DNA of 64,000 nt from Octopus bimaculoides (Eukaryota). This document shows positions 24,337-37,166 of this stretch, piece by piece; the stretch's first letter is position 1, and each line of letters starts with the position of its first letter. Below the pieces are notes generated by a model. That model saw nothing but the letters and a program-made list of their open reading frames with translations, was not told where the DNA came from and did no database searches. The stretch is from positions 164,943,920 to 165,007,919 of the forward strand of contig NC_068982.1 of the NCBI RefSeq assembly GCF_001194135.2, given 5' to 3'. The translations under genes were made by a program, and so were the position numbers.

Positions 24337-24515
24337 CGAGGGGGTTACTGAAAAGTTCCTGGCTTTGGGTAAAAGATAATAAAGGAGGATCAGTTAATTA
24401 TTATTTTATTCACCATATTCTCCTCTCAGATTCATACACTTATAGCAGTGGTCCTTCCGTTTTTCTTAACCGTGTAAAAGAACCCGGAGGGTGAGCTTCC
24501 AGCCAGTCCTCCTTT
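24337..24515 (-). mobile_element. mariner-family 3' end fragment with TIR
   Basis: TA|CGAGGGGGTTACTGAAAAGTTCC is TIR-like. The minus strand resembles a decayed transposase C-terminus (DWLEAHP..., ending near AATCTGAGAGGAGAATATG). Confidence 0.65.
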
Positions 24516-26763
24516 CACGACACCCCTAAGACCAGAAACATTCAGGTGCTGTTCTCCGAGTACCACCAGATTAGTGGTAGATCTGGAAATGGTAAATTTG
24601 AAAGTAATTACAAAGCATCGTAATAATATGAAGCCAGCTCCTGTGAACGACGAGGACCCAGAAATCTCCTCCACCAATAGAAAATCATCTAACGGCTACA
24701 AGCATGAGAATCACGACATTGGCTTGTGGAGATAAAATGTTGGATGGAGACTTGATAAGAGCGAGAAGCTATTAAGAAAGAGATGTCCACCTCGATAGAA
24801 CATGTTGGTTTAACAATTGTCCGAGTTGGCATTCTGGACCTAATAGAGAATCTGAATGGGCTCATGAAAATCACGGGAATTCTTTATTGAGTGAAGTGGT
24901 GAAGATGAGATAACAGATTATATTAAACATAAAATGACAAACCCTTAACAAAATAGTAAAACACTACTTTTTTAATATTCGTCTAGTAAGGCACTTCTCA
25001 TAGAATGTGAGAAGTATTGCAATTTAAAGAAACTCGAAGATGGTCAGTGCTAATCCAGATGATGTAGTTTATAGAAACATTTTGAGGAAGAACTTTGAAA
25101 AAATACATTAGAAAATTGTTATGATTATTATTATGATGATAATCGCGATGAGGTAATTAAGAACAATTATAAGAAAACTGATGATGATATAAAGGAGGGA
25201 AGAGGTTAAGGAGAGGGAGGAATAAATGTATGATGGTAATGAAATTCTCATCCATAATTTAGTATTTCTTTTTCTCTAGTCACTTTTTCTATTCATACTA
25301 AGATGCTGCTATATCATATTATTTTCCTTCGATAAAAGTTTTACTGCTCTTTTTCATCATAACCTTTTCACTTATATTTATTCTATTTATTTAATGATGT
25401 GAAATGGATTTTATATTAAAAAGGCGTGCACATTATGCTTCAAATATAACTCCCCTAATATAGCTATAAAGCCTGGCTTGCGTGTCTGGGAGACATTCTG
25501 TGTCATTACGTTTATAGCTCCAGATCAGGCACGAAACGAATTAATGCATTTAATTGCTGTAAACATTTTGGCAGTTTCCATTTGAAAATTACTAACTTTT
25601 GTGTATAATTTTGTTTTTCATTTTAGCAGACAAAATGGTTCCGAATTGTCTAAAATTTCTGCTTCCATAAAATGAATGGATTACAACTATTAACGATTGA
25701 AAATTCCTTATTGATATTTATGTGTTAGTTATTCGAAATGTCATGCTAATAAGATACTTGAGCTCAATCAATCGTATAGACAGTTATTACACATGGTATT
25801 CGAGTAATATTGTTTCCTTCTGTTCAACCCTTAATTCGCTTCTTTAGTCGAAGAAACAAATGAAATTTGGTGGTGCTTATGATTTTTCAAGTGAGTTAGA
25901 AGCGCAACTATAAAATTACTTATTAACAAGAAGGAATGTGTGTATGAAATAACCACTCGGTATAAATGGATTTGGTTTTCGTGTTCTTAGTTCGAATACC
26001 AACGTAATTGACCTTCTGTGCTTTTTCCTGTTGACTCCACTTGAAGAATATTGAATATTGTTTTGTGGTAATTCCCTAAAATATTTTTCATTACATATTT
26101 GCGGCTCCATACCAAAGCATGGTGTTAATTATTTTGAAATTTACGGTTTGTGGCTAGATAATAGCTGCTTGACAGTTTCAAAACTCATAGAAACATTTCA
26201 CTGTCGAAATAGGTAAAGTTAGCTAGATAATTACCAGTCATATTGTAATAATCTAACAATAACTTAGTATTGTTTCTGCCATAGTCAAAAGGAAGCAATA
26301 TAAACTGTTTTAGATTTCTACATTTGTGTGACGGTTCGCTTACTTCCGAATCCATACAGGTGATAGATAAGCTTTTGTAAATAAACACCCTGCTAATTAT
26401 AGAGCACCAGTTTAATTAGAAGGAAATGATAGGAAAAACTACACAAGATCTCACAAATCATCTATGTATACTTATGAATATACCATATATAACTAGCACG
26501 GCATCACACACATGCACACATACACACATATACACACACATACACACACACAAACACACACACCACAACACACGTGCTCGCACACGCACACACACTCGTA
26601 AACTTATGTATGCATAAACAGATATATGAAAGCATTTTTATATGCGTGTATGTTTGTATATATGTATACACGCATTTATATAACTCTCTGTATTTACACA
26701 TATGCATACATATGTCTGTGTGTGTGTGTTTGTGTGTGTGTGCGTATCTGTATATTTGACGAC

Positions 26764-26800
<37 letters not shown>

Positions 26801-28381
26801 TATNNNNNNNNNNNNNNNNNNNNNNNNNNNNNNNNNNNNNNNNNNNNNNNNNNNNNNNNNNNNNNNNNNNNNNNNNNNNNNNNNNNNNNNNNNNNNNNNN
26901 NNNNNNNNNNNNNNNNNNNNNNNNNNNNNNNNNNNNNNNNNNNNNNNNNNNNNNNNNNNNNNNNNNNNNNNNNNNNNNNNNNNNNNNNNNNNNNNNNNNN
27001 NNNNNNNNNNNNNNNNNNNNNNNNNNNNNNNNNNNNNNNNNNNNNNNNNNNNNNNNNNNNNNNNNNNNNNNNNNNNNNNNNNNNNNNNNNNNNNNNNNNN
27101 NNNNNNNNNNNNNNNNNNNNNNNNNNNNNNNNNNNNNNNNNNNNNNNNNNNNNNNNNNNNNNNNNNNNNNNNNNNNNNNNNNNNNNNNNNNNNNNNNNNN
27201 NNNNNNNNNNNNNNNNNNNNNNNNNNNNNNNNNNNNNNNNNNNNNNNNNNNNNNNNNNNNNNNNNNNNNNNNNNNNNNNNNNNNNNNNNNNNNNNNNNNN
27301 NNNNNNNNNNNNNNNNNNNNNNNNNNNNNNNNNNNNNNNNNNNNNNNNNNNNNNNNNNNNNNNNNNNNNNNNNNNNNNNNNNNNNNNNNNNNNNNNNNNN
27401 NNNNNNNNNNNNNNNNNNNNNNNNNNNNNNNNNNNNNNNNNNNNNNNNNNNNNNNNNNNNNNNNNNNNNNNNNNNNNNNNNNNNNNNNNNNNNNNNNNNN
27501 NNNNNNNNNNNNNNNNNNNNNNNNNNNNNNNNNNNNNNNNNNNNNNNNNNNNNNNNNNNNNNNNNNNNNNNNNNNNNNNNNNNNNNNNNNNNNNNNNNNN
27601 NNNNNNNNNNNNNNNNNNNNNNNNNNNNNNNNNNNNNNNNNNNNNNNNNNNNNNNNNNNNNNNNNNNNNNNNNNNNNNNNNNNNNNNNNNNNNNNNNNNN
27701 NNNNNNNNNNNNNNNNNNNNNNNNNNNNNNNNNNNNNNNNNNNNNNNNNNNNNNNNNNNNNNNNNNNNNNNNTATATATATATATATGTAATATTAATGG
27801 TTTCTTGTTATGAAACCAATAGATTTTATACACGGCTGCAAGGAGAAGTGCGCTCAGAAAAATTGAGACAAGAGTAAAATATTAGTTATAGAATAAAAAC
27901 GCTGGTTTAACGACTCAACATATCACACCCGCTCAATGAACCTATATAAGATATACAACATAATCCGTCAAACATAAGGAATTAGAAGATATATTTTATT
28001 TTATTTTAGTTTTTATATCGACCTGTATTATATTATATATTGGAAATTTTTAATCGTATTTATTTTAACTTCTCTGAAATGAAATATATGTGTATTGTGT
28101 TATACCTTTAAACTATTTGTATGTTATCGGTTGGTATAATATATTCGTGTATAAAATTTTATACTATATGTTCTATTTCTTGCATCTTACTTCTTATATA
28201 TTTCTTATTCTTTTATTTATTATTTCTTCTTACGTTATTTTTCTTATGTTATATCTTCCTATTCCTTATATTTGACGGATTATGTTGTATTTCTTATATA
28301 TGTTCATTGAGAGGGTGTGATATGTTGAGTCGTTAACCCAGAGTTTTTATTCTATAACTAATATATATCTATATATCTATA

Positions 28382-28414
<33 letters not shown>

Positions 28415-29278
28415 NNNNNNNNNNNNNNNNNNNNNNNNNNNNNNNNNNNNNNNNNNNNNNNNNNNNNNNNNNNNNNNNNNNNNNNNNNNNNNNNNNNNNN
28501 NNNNNNNNNNNNNNNNNNNNNNNNNNNNNNNNNNNNNNNNNNNNNNNNNNNNNNNNNNNNNNNNNNNNNNNNNNNNNNNNNNNNNNNNNNNNNNNNNNNN
28601 NNNNNNNNNNNNNNNNNNNNNNNNNNNNNNNNNNNNNNNNNNNNNNNNNNNNNNNNNNNNNNNNNNNNNNNNNNNNNNNNNNNNNNNNNNNNNNNNNNNN
28701 NNNNNNNNNNNNNNNNNNNNNNNNNNNNNNNNNNNNNNNNNNNNNNNNNNNNNNNNNNNNNNNNNNNNNNNNNNNNNNNNNNNNNNNNNNNNNNNNNNNN
28801 NNNNNNNNNNNNNNNNNNNNNNNNNNNNNNNNNNNNNNNNNNNNNNNNNNNNNNNNNNNNNNNNNNNNNNNNNNNNNNNNNNNNNNNNNNNNNNNNNNNN
28901 NNNNNNNNNNNNNNNNNNNNNNNNNNNNNNNNNNNNNNNNNNNNNNNNNNNNNNNNNNNNNNNNNNNNNNNNNNNNNNNNNNNNNNNNNNNNNNNNNNNN
29001 NNNNNNNNNNNNNNNNNNNNNNNNNNNNNNNNNNNNNNNNNNNNNNNNNNNNNNNNNNNNNNNNNNNNNNNNNNNNNNNNNNNNNNNNNNNNNNNNNNNN
29101 NNNNNNNNNNNNNNNNNNNNNNNNNNNNNNNNNNNNNNNNNNNNNNNNNNNNNNNNNNNNNNNNNNNNNNNNNNNNNNNNNNNNNNNNNNNNNNNNNNNN
29201 NNNNNNNNNNNNNNNNNNNNNNNNNNNNNNNNNNNNNNNNNNNNNNNNNNNNNNNNNNNNNNNNNNNNNNNNNNNNNN

Positions 29279-29354
<76 letters not shown>

Positions 29355-30711
29355 ACACACACATACATGCACACAAGTATGATTCTGTCTGTATATATTT
29401 GCATTCACGTATGGACACACATATATAATGTGATACAACATATTAAATACATATATTTTAAATAGTTTGAAGTATATCTGATATATAATTCAATCTGCTG
29501 AGTGGAACATATAGATGTGGTAGAGAGTCATCTCAGCGTTTCGCCAATGGTTGAACCGATCAGCACAGTTCGAGGTGAAACGCAGAGAAGAAGTGGAATG
29601 TTGATTTAATAAGCATATATATGTGTATATAAGGATCCATCGATGTATGTACGTATATATGTATGTACATACAGATATACGGAAATAAATAAATAAATAA
29701 ATACACATACATATACATATACAGAGATACACACACACATATACATACATTCATACATATACCACCCATTACACTATCGCACATAAGCTCCATCGAAATA
29801 AGCTCTAAGATTATTATTATTATTACTACTACGGTAGTAATTTACCCACACGCAGCATTTTCAGAGCTTTGTAGCTAATTCAATTCTTAAGCGAATTGAA
29901 AACTGTTACCAGTTTTGAAAAGGACTGGTGCTTAGATACATTTTGGCATAAGGAATTGATATTTGGTCCAGTAGAAAAAAAAAAGTTTACATCGAAATTT
30001 GTAGCAACGTTATAGGAGAGTAAGTAACACCTCCTATTAAGTTTTTTATTTAAACTTTTTTATTTTAAACTTTAACTTTTTTATTTTAAAAGCAAAATAT
30101 ATTTATCTTAGCTTCAATGATAGAAGAAAGCATGAGTAAATTTTTAGTTTTGATCCCATGCAACAAAAGCTTGTATAAAAAAAGTTGTGAGGTAAAATAT
30201 CAGGAAAAATATATATGGCAAAAAATTGGATTTAAGTATAATTACCTTTTTTTTATTTTAAAAATAAGTTATATTTTAAGTAAGGTTAATTGATAGAGCT
30301 CAATTCGAGGAATGTGATGGTATTAATCTCATGCAATGAAGTTTTAAAAAATAAAAGTTATGAGTATTTGTTTCTAAAATTTGAGGGTGATAATATTGTT
30401 CTAACCTTTTTTATGACTATAGTTCTATATCGGGACTTTTAATAAATGTCACTGGCATCATTGAGATAAGGAAAAGATTATCAACGACACCGCTAGTTTG
30501 CAATTAGTTTAACTAATCTAATTTTTATTCTTTTAGATTAAAACTTTTTGTTTTAATTCAATAATAATAATTCAATCACAAAAATGAAAAAATTAAAAAT
30601 ATTATTTAGAAATTTATTAAATTTATTATTCAATTTTCAATAAGGTAACATCTTAAATTATTAATTGACACATTTCTAATTAGCATAATAGCATATCCTG
30701 GAAAAATATGG

Positions 30712-31535
30712 ATTACATGGAAAAATGCGAGCAAGAGAAATAATATTCTTAAGAATATAAATCTGGAAACGTTCAGGACAAGTTCTTACATCTGGTAAAA
30801 TACAGAACAAGTAAAGTTTTACTTAAAATATTGCTAAGCATAAAATTTGAATATCAAAGATTATTGGATTTTAATTTACGAAGTAACATTTTAATTTAAA
30901 AAGTTACCATCATTTTGTTAAAATACTGACACACTAGAATACTTAAAAAATGAGAACCAGAAGTACCAATATAGCTAAACTTCTATGCAAAGTAGAATAG
31001 TATATATGGTAGGCAAATTTATTATGTAAAAAATAAGTATTTGGTCAAGACTAAAAATGTGAAGACTTGGTAATAACATAGGAAATAACGCAAGCAATTT
31101 TTACTGTGAATTTGTCATAGGTAGACTTTATATACTAATATTTGTATTATTCAATTTATTGTACTAATTATGTACTACTATTACTTTTTCTAACCTATTT
31201 TCAAATTTCTAATTACTAGTTAATAATTCAAAAAATGAATTTGCTTTAAAGGGAAAAAATTATTTTGAGCTATTTTTATTTTTAATAGAAGTAACAGTAA
31301 TAACTTGTAATAAATATTTTAGTTTTAATAAAAGCTAATATTTTCTAAATCTAAATATTTTATTTGAAACATTATCCTTAGCTGCAATATTTTAAGTAAA
31401 ACTTTTATTCTTCTGTACTTTACCAGATGTAATAACTTGTCCTGGACGTTTCTAAGTGTAATAACTTGTCCTGTACTTAACCATGTTTCTAATCTTAAGA
31501 ATGTTATTTCTCTTGCTCGCATTTTCCTATGTAAT
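30712..31535. mobile_element. Fold-back element or MITE with about 160-190-bp inverted arms
   Basis: 30712-30870 (GGAAAAATGCGAGCAAGAGAAATAATATTCTTAAG...GAAACGTTCAGGACAAGTTCTTACATCTGGTAAAATACAGAA...AAAGTTTTACTTAAAATATTGC) is the reverse complement of about 31345-31535. Confidence 0.8.
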
Positions 31536-32184
31536 GTAAGTATTCATTGACTAAAGATCATGCATAAAGTTTTCTGACGTTACCCATTGAATGAAAATGA
31601 CGGGTGATTGCATTATGAAATCACTCCATCGCCCGAGGCAATTTCCAAGTCGATCAGCTCGGATCTTTGTGGATGAGTGCGTTTATTCGACTCTCTTTGA
31701 ACTCTGAGCCTGAACGCGGAGTGACAACGAGATTAAATTTCCTCTCCCTGAAGCATGAAAACAATTTTTGTGCAATCTTCCATCAATAGGGCCTTCACCT
31801 TGCATAGCACAAATGTTTCGATTGGGTTTGTCAGCTTTGGAACTTTGATTGAAAGCGGAGAAAGGCATGTGTTGAAAATGCTCATTTTTCTCTACTGTGC
31901 CGTTTATCGGCATGTCTACAAAGATTTAAAATGTATTCAAGTTTCAAATACGATAAGCAAAAGTTGTGGAAGGAGCTACTTAAAAAATATAAAAATAATC
32001 AAAATCATAAAAAAGCTATTTTCCCTGTTAATTCAAGTAACAATGGAAACAAACGAACGAATTTATCTGACAACTTATTTATAAAGAATGAAAACTGCAT
32101 TAATCTTGTCAATCTAGAAGTGGTGCATATAGCCGTGCGCGCTTTCTTCGTACTAGATATTAATATAGTTAGTCAGACTGTAGG

Positions 32185-32201
32185 CAATTTAGTTAGTTAG
32201 T

Positions 32202-32250
<49 letters not shown>

Positions 32251-32262
32251 GGCTAGCTAGCT
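32185..32262. repeat. (GTTA)n/(GATA)n/(GCTA)n compound tetranucleotide microsatellite
   Basis: Directly visible. Confidence 0.95.
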
Positions 32263-33863
32263 AGACAGGGAGAGAGAAAGAGAGAAAGAGAGAGAGAGAG
32301 AGATTGGGACACATTAAAATTGTCTGTTAACTGCGATCCAGAAATATGTGTTTCTGAATGTAATGAATAAAGAAGAAACAAAGTAAATGACATAGAAGAA
32401 CTAAAAACAAATAAACTACAGACAGAATATAAAAGTAAATTCATAGTTTTATTATGAAGAATAAACAAAAGAAAACTTTTTTTCAAATATACAATTATGC
32501 AGAATATTGAAAGAATCTCTTTAGCTGAAAACTAAATCTGAAGAAAATCAAAATATTTTAGATGTAGAGAAATACTAAAAAGATATGTGATTGGAGAGGG
32601 GGAATCGAATAGAAGGAGAAAGATGGAACGTTGAGTAGAAGAATAAGAAAAGGCAAAAGTAAAATCTGGTAATAGTAAAAGAAGTAAAAGATAACTGGAA
32701 TTGTTGGAAATGGTAAAGATTAAATATCATTAGTCTATGAGAAATGATTATATATGGGTTGATTGTTTGCACAGATATAACGCTGTTGGTATATGGGAAT
32801 TGATAATATGGGAATATCGCAGGAAAGTGTGATGAGATTTGTGATAGATGTAAATAGGAAGTTAGGAAATGAAAGAAAGATTGGAGAGAGAAGGGAAGTA
32901 GAACGAATGAAGCATAATAGAAAGAAAATGGGCTGGGAGAGAAGAGAAGATAACATTAGAAGTGAAGTGAGAGAAACAGAATCAAGAGTTTAATGAATGC
33001 AGGGTAAGAGGAATGAAGAAAACGGAGAATAAAATGAAACAGAGAGAAAAAGAGAGTAAAAGTAGAGAGTAAAAGTAGAGAGTGGGAGACAGAGTGAGAT
33101 TGGTAGAACGAAACAGATAAAAGGAGAAAAGTAACGAGTGAGGAAGAAATGAGAGAGGAAATATGTACAATATCTGATAGAAAACATAATTTTGAAAATA
33201 GAAAGAGAAAGGAAATACAAAAGTAAGATACCATGAAAAATAAAAGTATACTTGAGTGAGATCATGAGAAAAGAGAGATAGAAAGAGACAGCTGGATAAA
33301 AGAAATAAACAATTATGTGAAAAAGACAGGCGGTGAGCAGTGTGTTGGAATAACAGAATTGAAGTAGGTGTTTAATGAACAACATACAAGTAAAATAGCT
33401 ATAAACTTGAAAGGAAGTTTTGAGACAAGATATAACTTGTCAAGAGATAAATAATTAATTTCTATTATAAGAGCAACACATATTTACAGAGAATTTATTA
33501 TCGAGTTTTCTTGACTAGATTTGATGTCTTTGTTGTTGACGATTAGACGCATAGTGGTGATAAATTTAACTTTAAAGCGATAAGCATGTGTTAGGAAATG
33601 TGCAAAGCAAATATTCAACAAAATATATTTGAAAATTTAATGATAAAAACATCTCATATGCATACTACATTTGAAATTTCCAAGTGGAATCAAATACCGT
33701 CAATTATTGTTTTATGAAGCGATAAAAAGTGCTTTTTATTCGTACAATATTAATTTCTTGTGGTAGATACATGAGATGAGAAGAATCGAACTCAGTAAAT
33801 TAGTGCTTATGTCAAGAAAAATTAATAGTGTTGTGAATCGATTCATGAATATCTTTGGGGGCT

Positions 33864-34148
33864 AAGGCGGTGAGCTGGCAGAAACGTTAGCACACCTGGT
33901 AAAATGCTTAGCGCGTCTGCCGCTACGTTCTGAGTTCAAATTCCGCCGAGGTCGACTTTGCCTTTCATCATTTCGGGGTCGATGAATTAAGTATCAGTTA
34001 TGCACTGGGGTCGATGTAATCGACTTAATCCCTTTTTCTGTCCTTGTTTGTTCCCTCTATGTTTAGCCCCTTATGGGCAATAACGAAATAAGAAACGCTA
34101 GCACGCCGGGCAAAATGCTTAGCGGTATTTCGTCTGTCTTTACGTTCC
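33864..34148 (+). mobile_element. tRNA-derived SINE, family 2, with a partial second head
   Basis: AAGGCGGTGAGCTGGCAGAAACGTTAGCAC...GAGTTCAAATTCC (B-box-like)...GGGGTCGAT. The head segment is re-used at about 34090-34148. Confidence 0.75.
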
Positions 34149-34149
34149 A

Positions 34150-34515
34150 GGCTTATCTGATATCCCTTGAAGAATTTTTTTCAGAATCTATTTAAAGGTG
34201 ATGGAATCCTTTTCCCCTTTGATTTGTTTTAGGACAATGTTAAATAGGGTGTTGTGATACTGAATTGGGTAGGGATCATATGGCATGTGGTCCAAGCCTT
34301 GGATGAATTCTGAAATTAAGGCTAAGGTCGTTTGTGGTATATTCTCCACGTTGTGCAAATGATTTGTCGCTCGCGGCGGCACTGCAGAGAATACAGTTTC
34401 AATTCTTTAAGGCGGTCCCAGTAATCGAGATCTGTCATACCCTTTATTCTTTTAGTAAATGCCCTCTGGAATGATTCGATTCTTGAAATGTTACGGCTTT
34501 TGTAGGGTGACATTA
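34150..34515 (-). mobile_element. CR1/L2-type LINE 3' fragment
   Basis: SPYKSRNISRIESFQRAFTKRIKGMTDLDYWDRLKELKLYSLQCRRER, then FRIHPRLGPHA. Confidence 0.88.
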
Positions 34516-35376
34516 TTCTAGGTGAAGCAGTAGAAAGGAGTAAAAAAAAGGAAGGAATAAATATTTTTTAAAAGTCCATTTATTTTAGTACATTATATTT
34601 CAACGTCGTATTATATATTTTTTGTTTACATCATTGATATAAAGGGTTAAGCATAACTATGAATATTGTGAAATATAAATGAAATAATTTTGAAATCTTG
34701 GACTGTGAGTATGTGTGTATGCATGTGTTTGTGTGTGCGGTTTTTACTGGGAAACAGTTATGGTTTGAACAATATAAACCTGGTCATTGAATAAGTACTA
34801 CTAATATATATATAATATAAACAGACTTCCTTCTTCTCCGTATATCTTTAGAAATGTTCTATATTCTAAATGAAGTCAAATTATTTGTAACACTGGAGAA
34901 CACTTTAATGTATTGTCCGCTCAACTCCAAAAGGATTTCATGCCATAATCTAGTTTGTAGTTGTAAATTTATTTTTCATTTTCTCTCTTACAATTAATAA
35001 ATATGATATGCAAACACTCTTGAACTGAACCCTCCTTAAGCACGAACAACACATAGCTAAGTTCCTCCATAAACACTTGACTTCAAAATCACTGATAACC
35101 TTTTCTCATGTCAATCTCTCATTCATATATATNNNNNNNNNNNNNNNNNNNNNNNNNNNNNNNNNNNNNNNNNNNNNNNNNNNNNNNNNNNNNNNNNNNN
35201 NNNNNNNNNNNNNNNNNNNNNNNNNNNNNNNNNNNNNNNNNNNNNNNNNNNNNNNNNNNNNNNNNNNNNNNNNNNTGTCTGTACATATATATGTATGTAT
35301 GTGTGTGTGTGTCTGTGTCTGTGTCTGTGTATGTATGTATGAATGTATGTATGTATGTATGTATGTATGTATGTTT

Positions 35377-36548
35377 GGCTGTGTGATAAAAAGTTTGCTC
35401 ACAATCACATGGTTCCAGGTTCAGTCCTACTGCGTGGCACCTTGATCGAGTCCTATATTATAGCCTTAGGCCGACCAAAGCCTTGTGCGTCGATTTGGAG
35501 GACAGAAACTGAAAAAAGCCCATTGTATATATATATATATACGAAGAGGTACCAAAACGTAAATAGAAACGGTCGCTAGTTCAGGCTTTCGTCGCTAGAA
35601 GCTACTTTATGCGACCCTCAGGCATCAGTCTGCCTACTGGTTTCATTGTCTGTAGTAGTATTGCCACGTGGTGCGTTTTTGCATTGCAGTGCTTCCTAAA
35701 ACTGGCTAAAACTGCTGCCACAAGCAAAGCACAAGTTTACGAGAAGTTTTCCCGCTTTAGGAATGGTCACTTGTCGCTTGAAGAACAATCTTGTACAGGG
35801 CGACCGTAGGCCATCCGAAAGAATGAAAGCATCGCGAAAATTCATGACCTAGTCTTGAAGGAACTTCGCCCAACAATTGACAAACTTGTTAATGAGGTTG
35901 GTGTGTCCTGGAGCACCTTCTACCGAATTTTGAGCGAGGAAGTGCGAATGAAAAGTGTTGCAGGGCAATTTGTGCCTCGCTTGCTCACGGAAGATCAAAA
36001 GCAGTCACGATTGAATGCGTGTCGTGAACTGAAACACTTTTGGAATTGACGTGAACCCTTTTTCAAAGCTCATCACTAGTGACGAAAGCTGATGCTACGG
36101 AATTTGCAAATATGGAAGAGGTCGAGAAAAAAACGACAGAGGCGTTTAAAGGCATTACTTCTTATGAATTACAGGGTTGCTTCGAACAGTGGAAAACTCG
36201 TCTAGACAGATGCAGGGTTCGAATAGAGAATACTTTGAAGGCGATAAAAGTGTAAACATGTAAAAGTAAGTGAATAAAATAACGTTGCAAAATTACAGTT
36301 TCTTTTGGGTACCCCCTTCTATATATGTATATATTTGCGCGTTTGTATCTGTGTTTGTCGCACTCACCATCACTTGACAACTGATTTGGTGTGTTTATGT
36401 ACCCGTAACTTAGCGGTTTGACAAAACGGACCGATAGAATAAGTACTAGGCTTAAAAGGAATAAGTCCTGGGGCGATTTGGTCGACTAAAACCCCTTACG
36501 TTGGTACTCCAGCATGCATGTTGTTAAGTGACTGAAACTTGTAAAAGA
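35377..36548 (+). mobile_element. Family-1 SINE split by a mariner insertion (head 35377-35541, tail 36320-36548)
   Basis: Head TGGCTGTGTG...GGTTCAGTCC and tail TCACTTGACAAC...GGTACTCCAGCATG...GACTGAAAC flank the mariner element. Confidence 0.88.
35542..36319 (+). mobile_element. Internally deleted mariner transposon, both TIRs, TA target
   Basis: TIRs TA|CGAAGAGGTACCAAAA and TTTTGGGTACCCCCTTC|TA. Remnants RFRNGHLSLEEQSCTGRP, VPRLLTEDQKQSRLNAC, LITSDES and the C-terminal FEQWKTRLDRC..EYFEGD. The region encoding YSPDL is deleted. Confidence 0.9.
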
Positions 36549-36562
36549 AGAAAAGAATGAAA

Positions 36563-36633
<71 letters not shown>

Positions 36634-36679
36634 TATATATTTGTATATGTACACACATACACATATATATATATATATG

Positions 36680-37045
36680 CATACATGGGTAGGAAATACG
36701 AAAACAAAAGAGTTGAATATATAAACAACGAGAGAAACAAAGGGAAAACAGGACAAGTGACATGAAGAACGACCCTTCATCAGTTGTCGGCTGTCCATCT
36801 ACCCCTCGTTTCGAGCAATGAACGATAATATGAGTCTCCGAAGGGCAGTTGCACCCGCAAGCCAAATTTGGGATTTGCGGAGAGTCAAAGTTGGTAGCAA
36901 AAACAGGACAGTGGATACATACAAGGAAAACGAGCGAAAACAAACATAGAGAGTCGTTAGATCAAGCGAAGGTAAAATAGCGAACGCTGGACAAAAATTG
37001 TCTTAGACAAGAGGAAAGATAGAAGAGAGAGACAGATGGGATACG
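36680..37045 (+). mobile_element. Partial copy of the MITE family found at 39945-40431
   Basis: GAACGACCCTTCATCAGTTGTCGGCTGTCCATCTAC...AAAACAGGACAGTGGA...GTCGTTAGA aligns with the reverse complement of 40060-40400. Confidence 0.8.
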
Positions 37046-37060
37046 TGCAGTTTCTACTGG

Positions 37061-37166
<106 letters not shown>

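Noticed and set aside
24478-24735. About 86-codon open frame (NPEGELPASPPFTTPLRPETF...)
   Set aside because: It starts antisense inside a mariner end, has no start codon or acceptor, and matches no motif I recognise.
36765-36820. Hammerhead ribozyme in the MITE interior (CTGATGA and GAAAC on the minus strand; also 40290-40330)
   Set aside because: The core motifs are in type II order, but I could not form stems I and II, and the second copy has CTGATAA.
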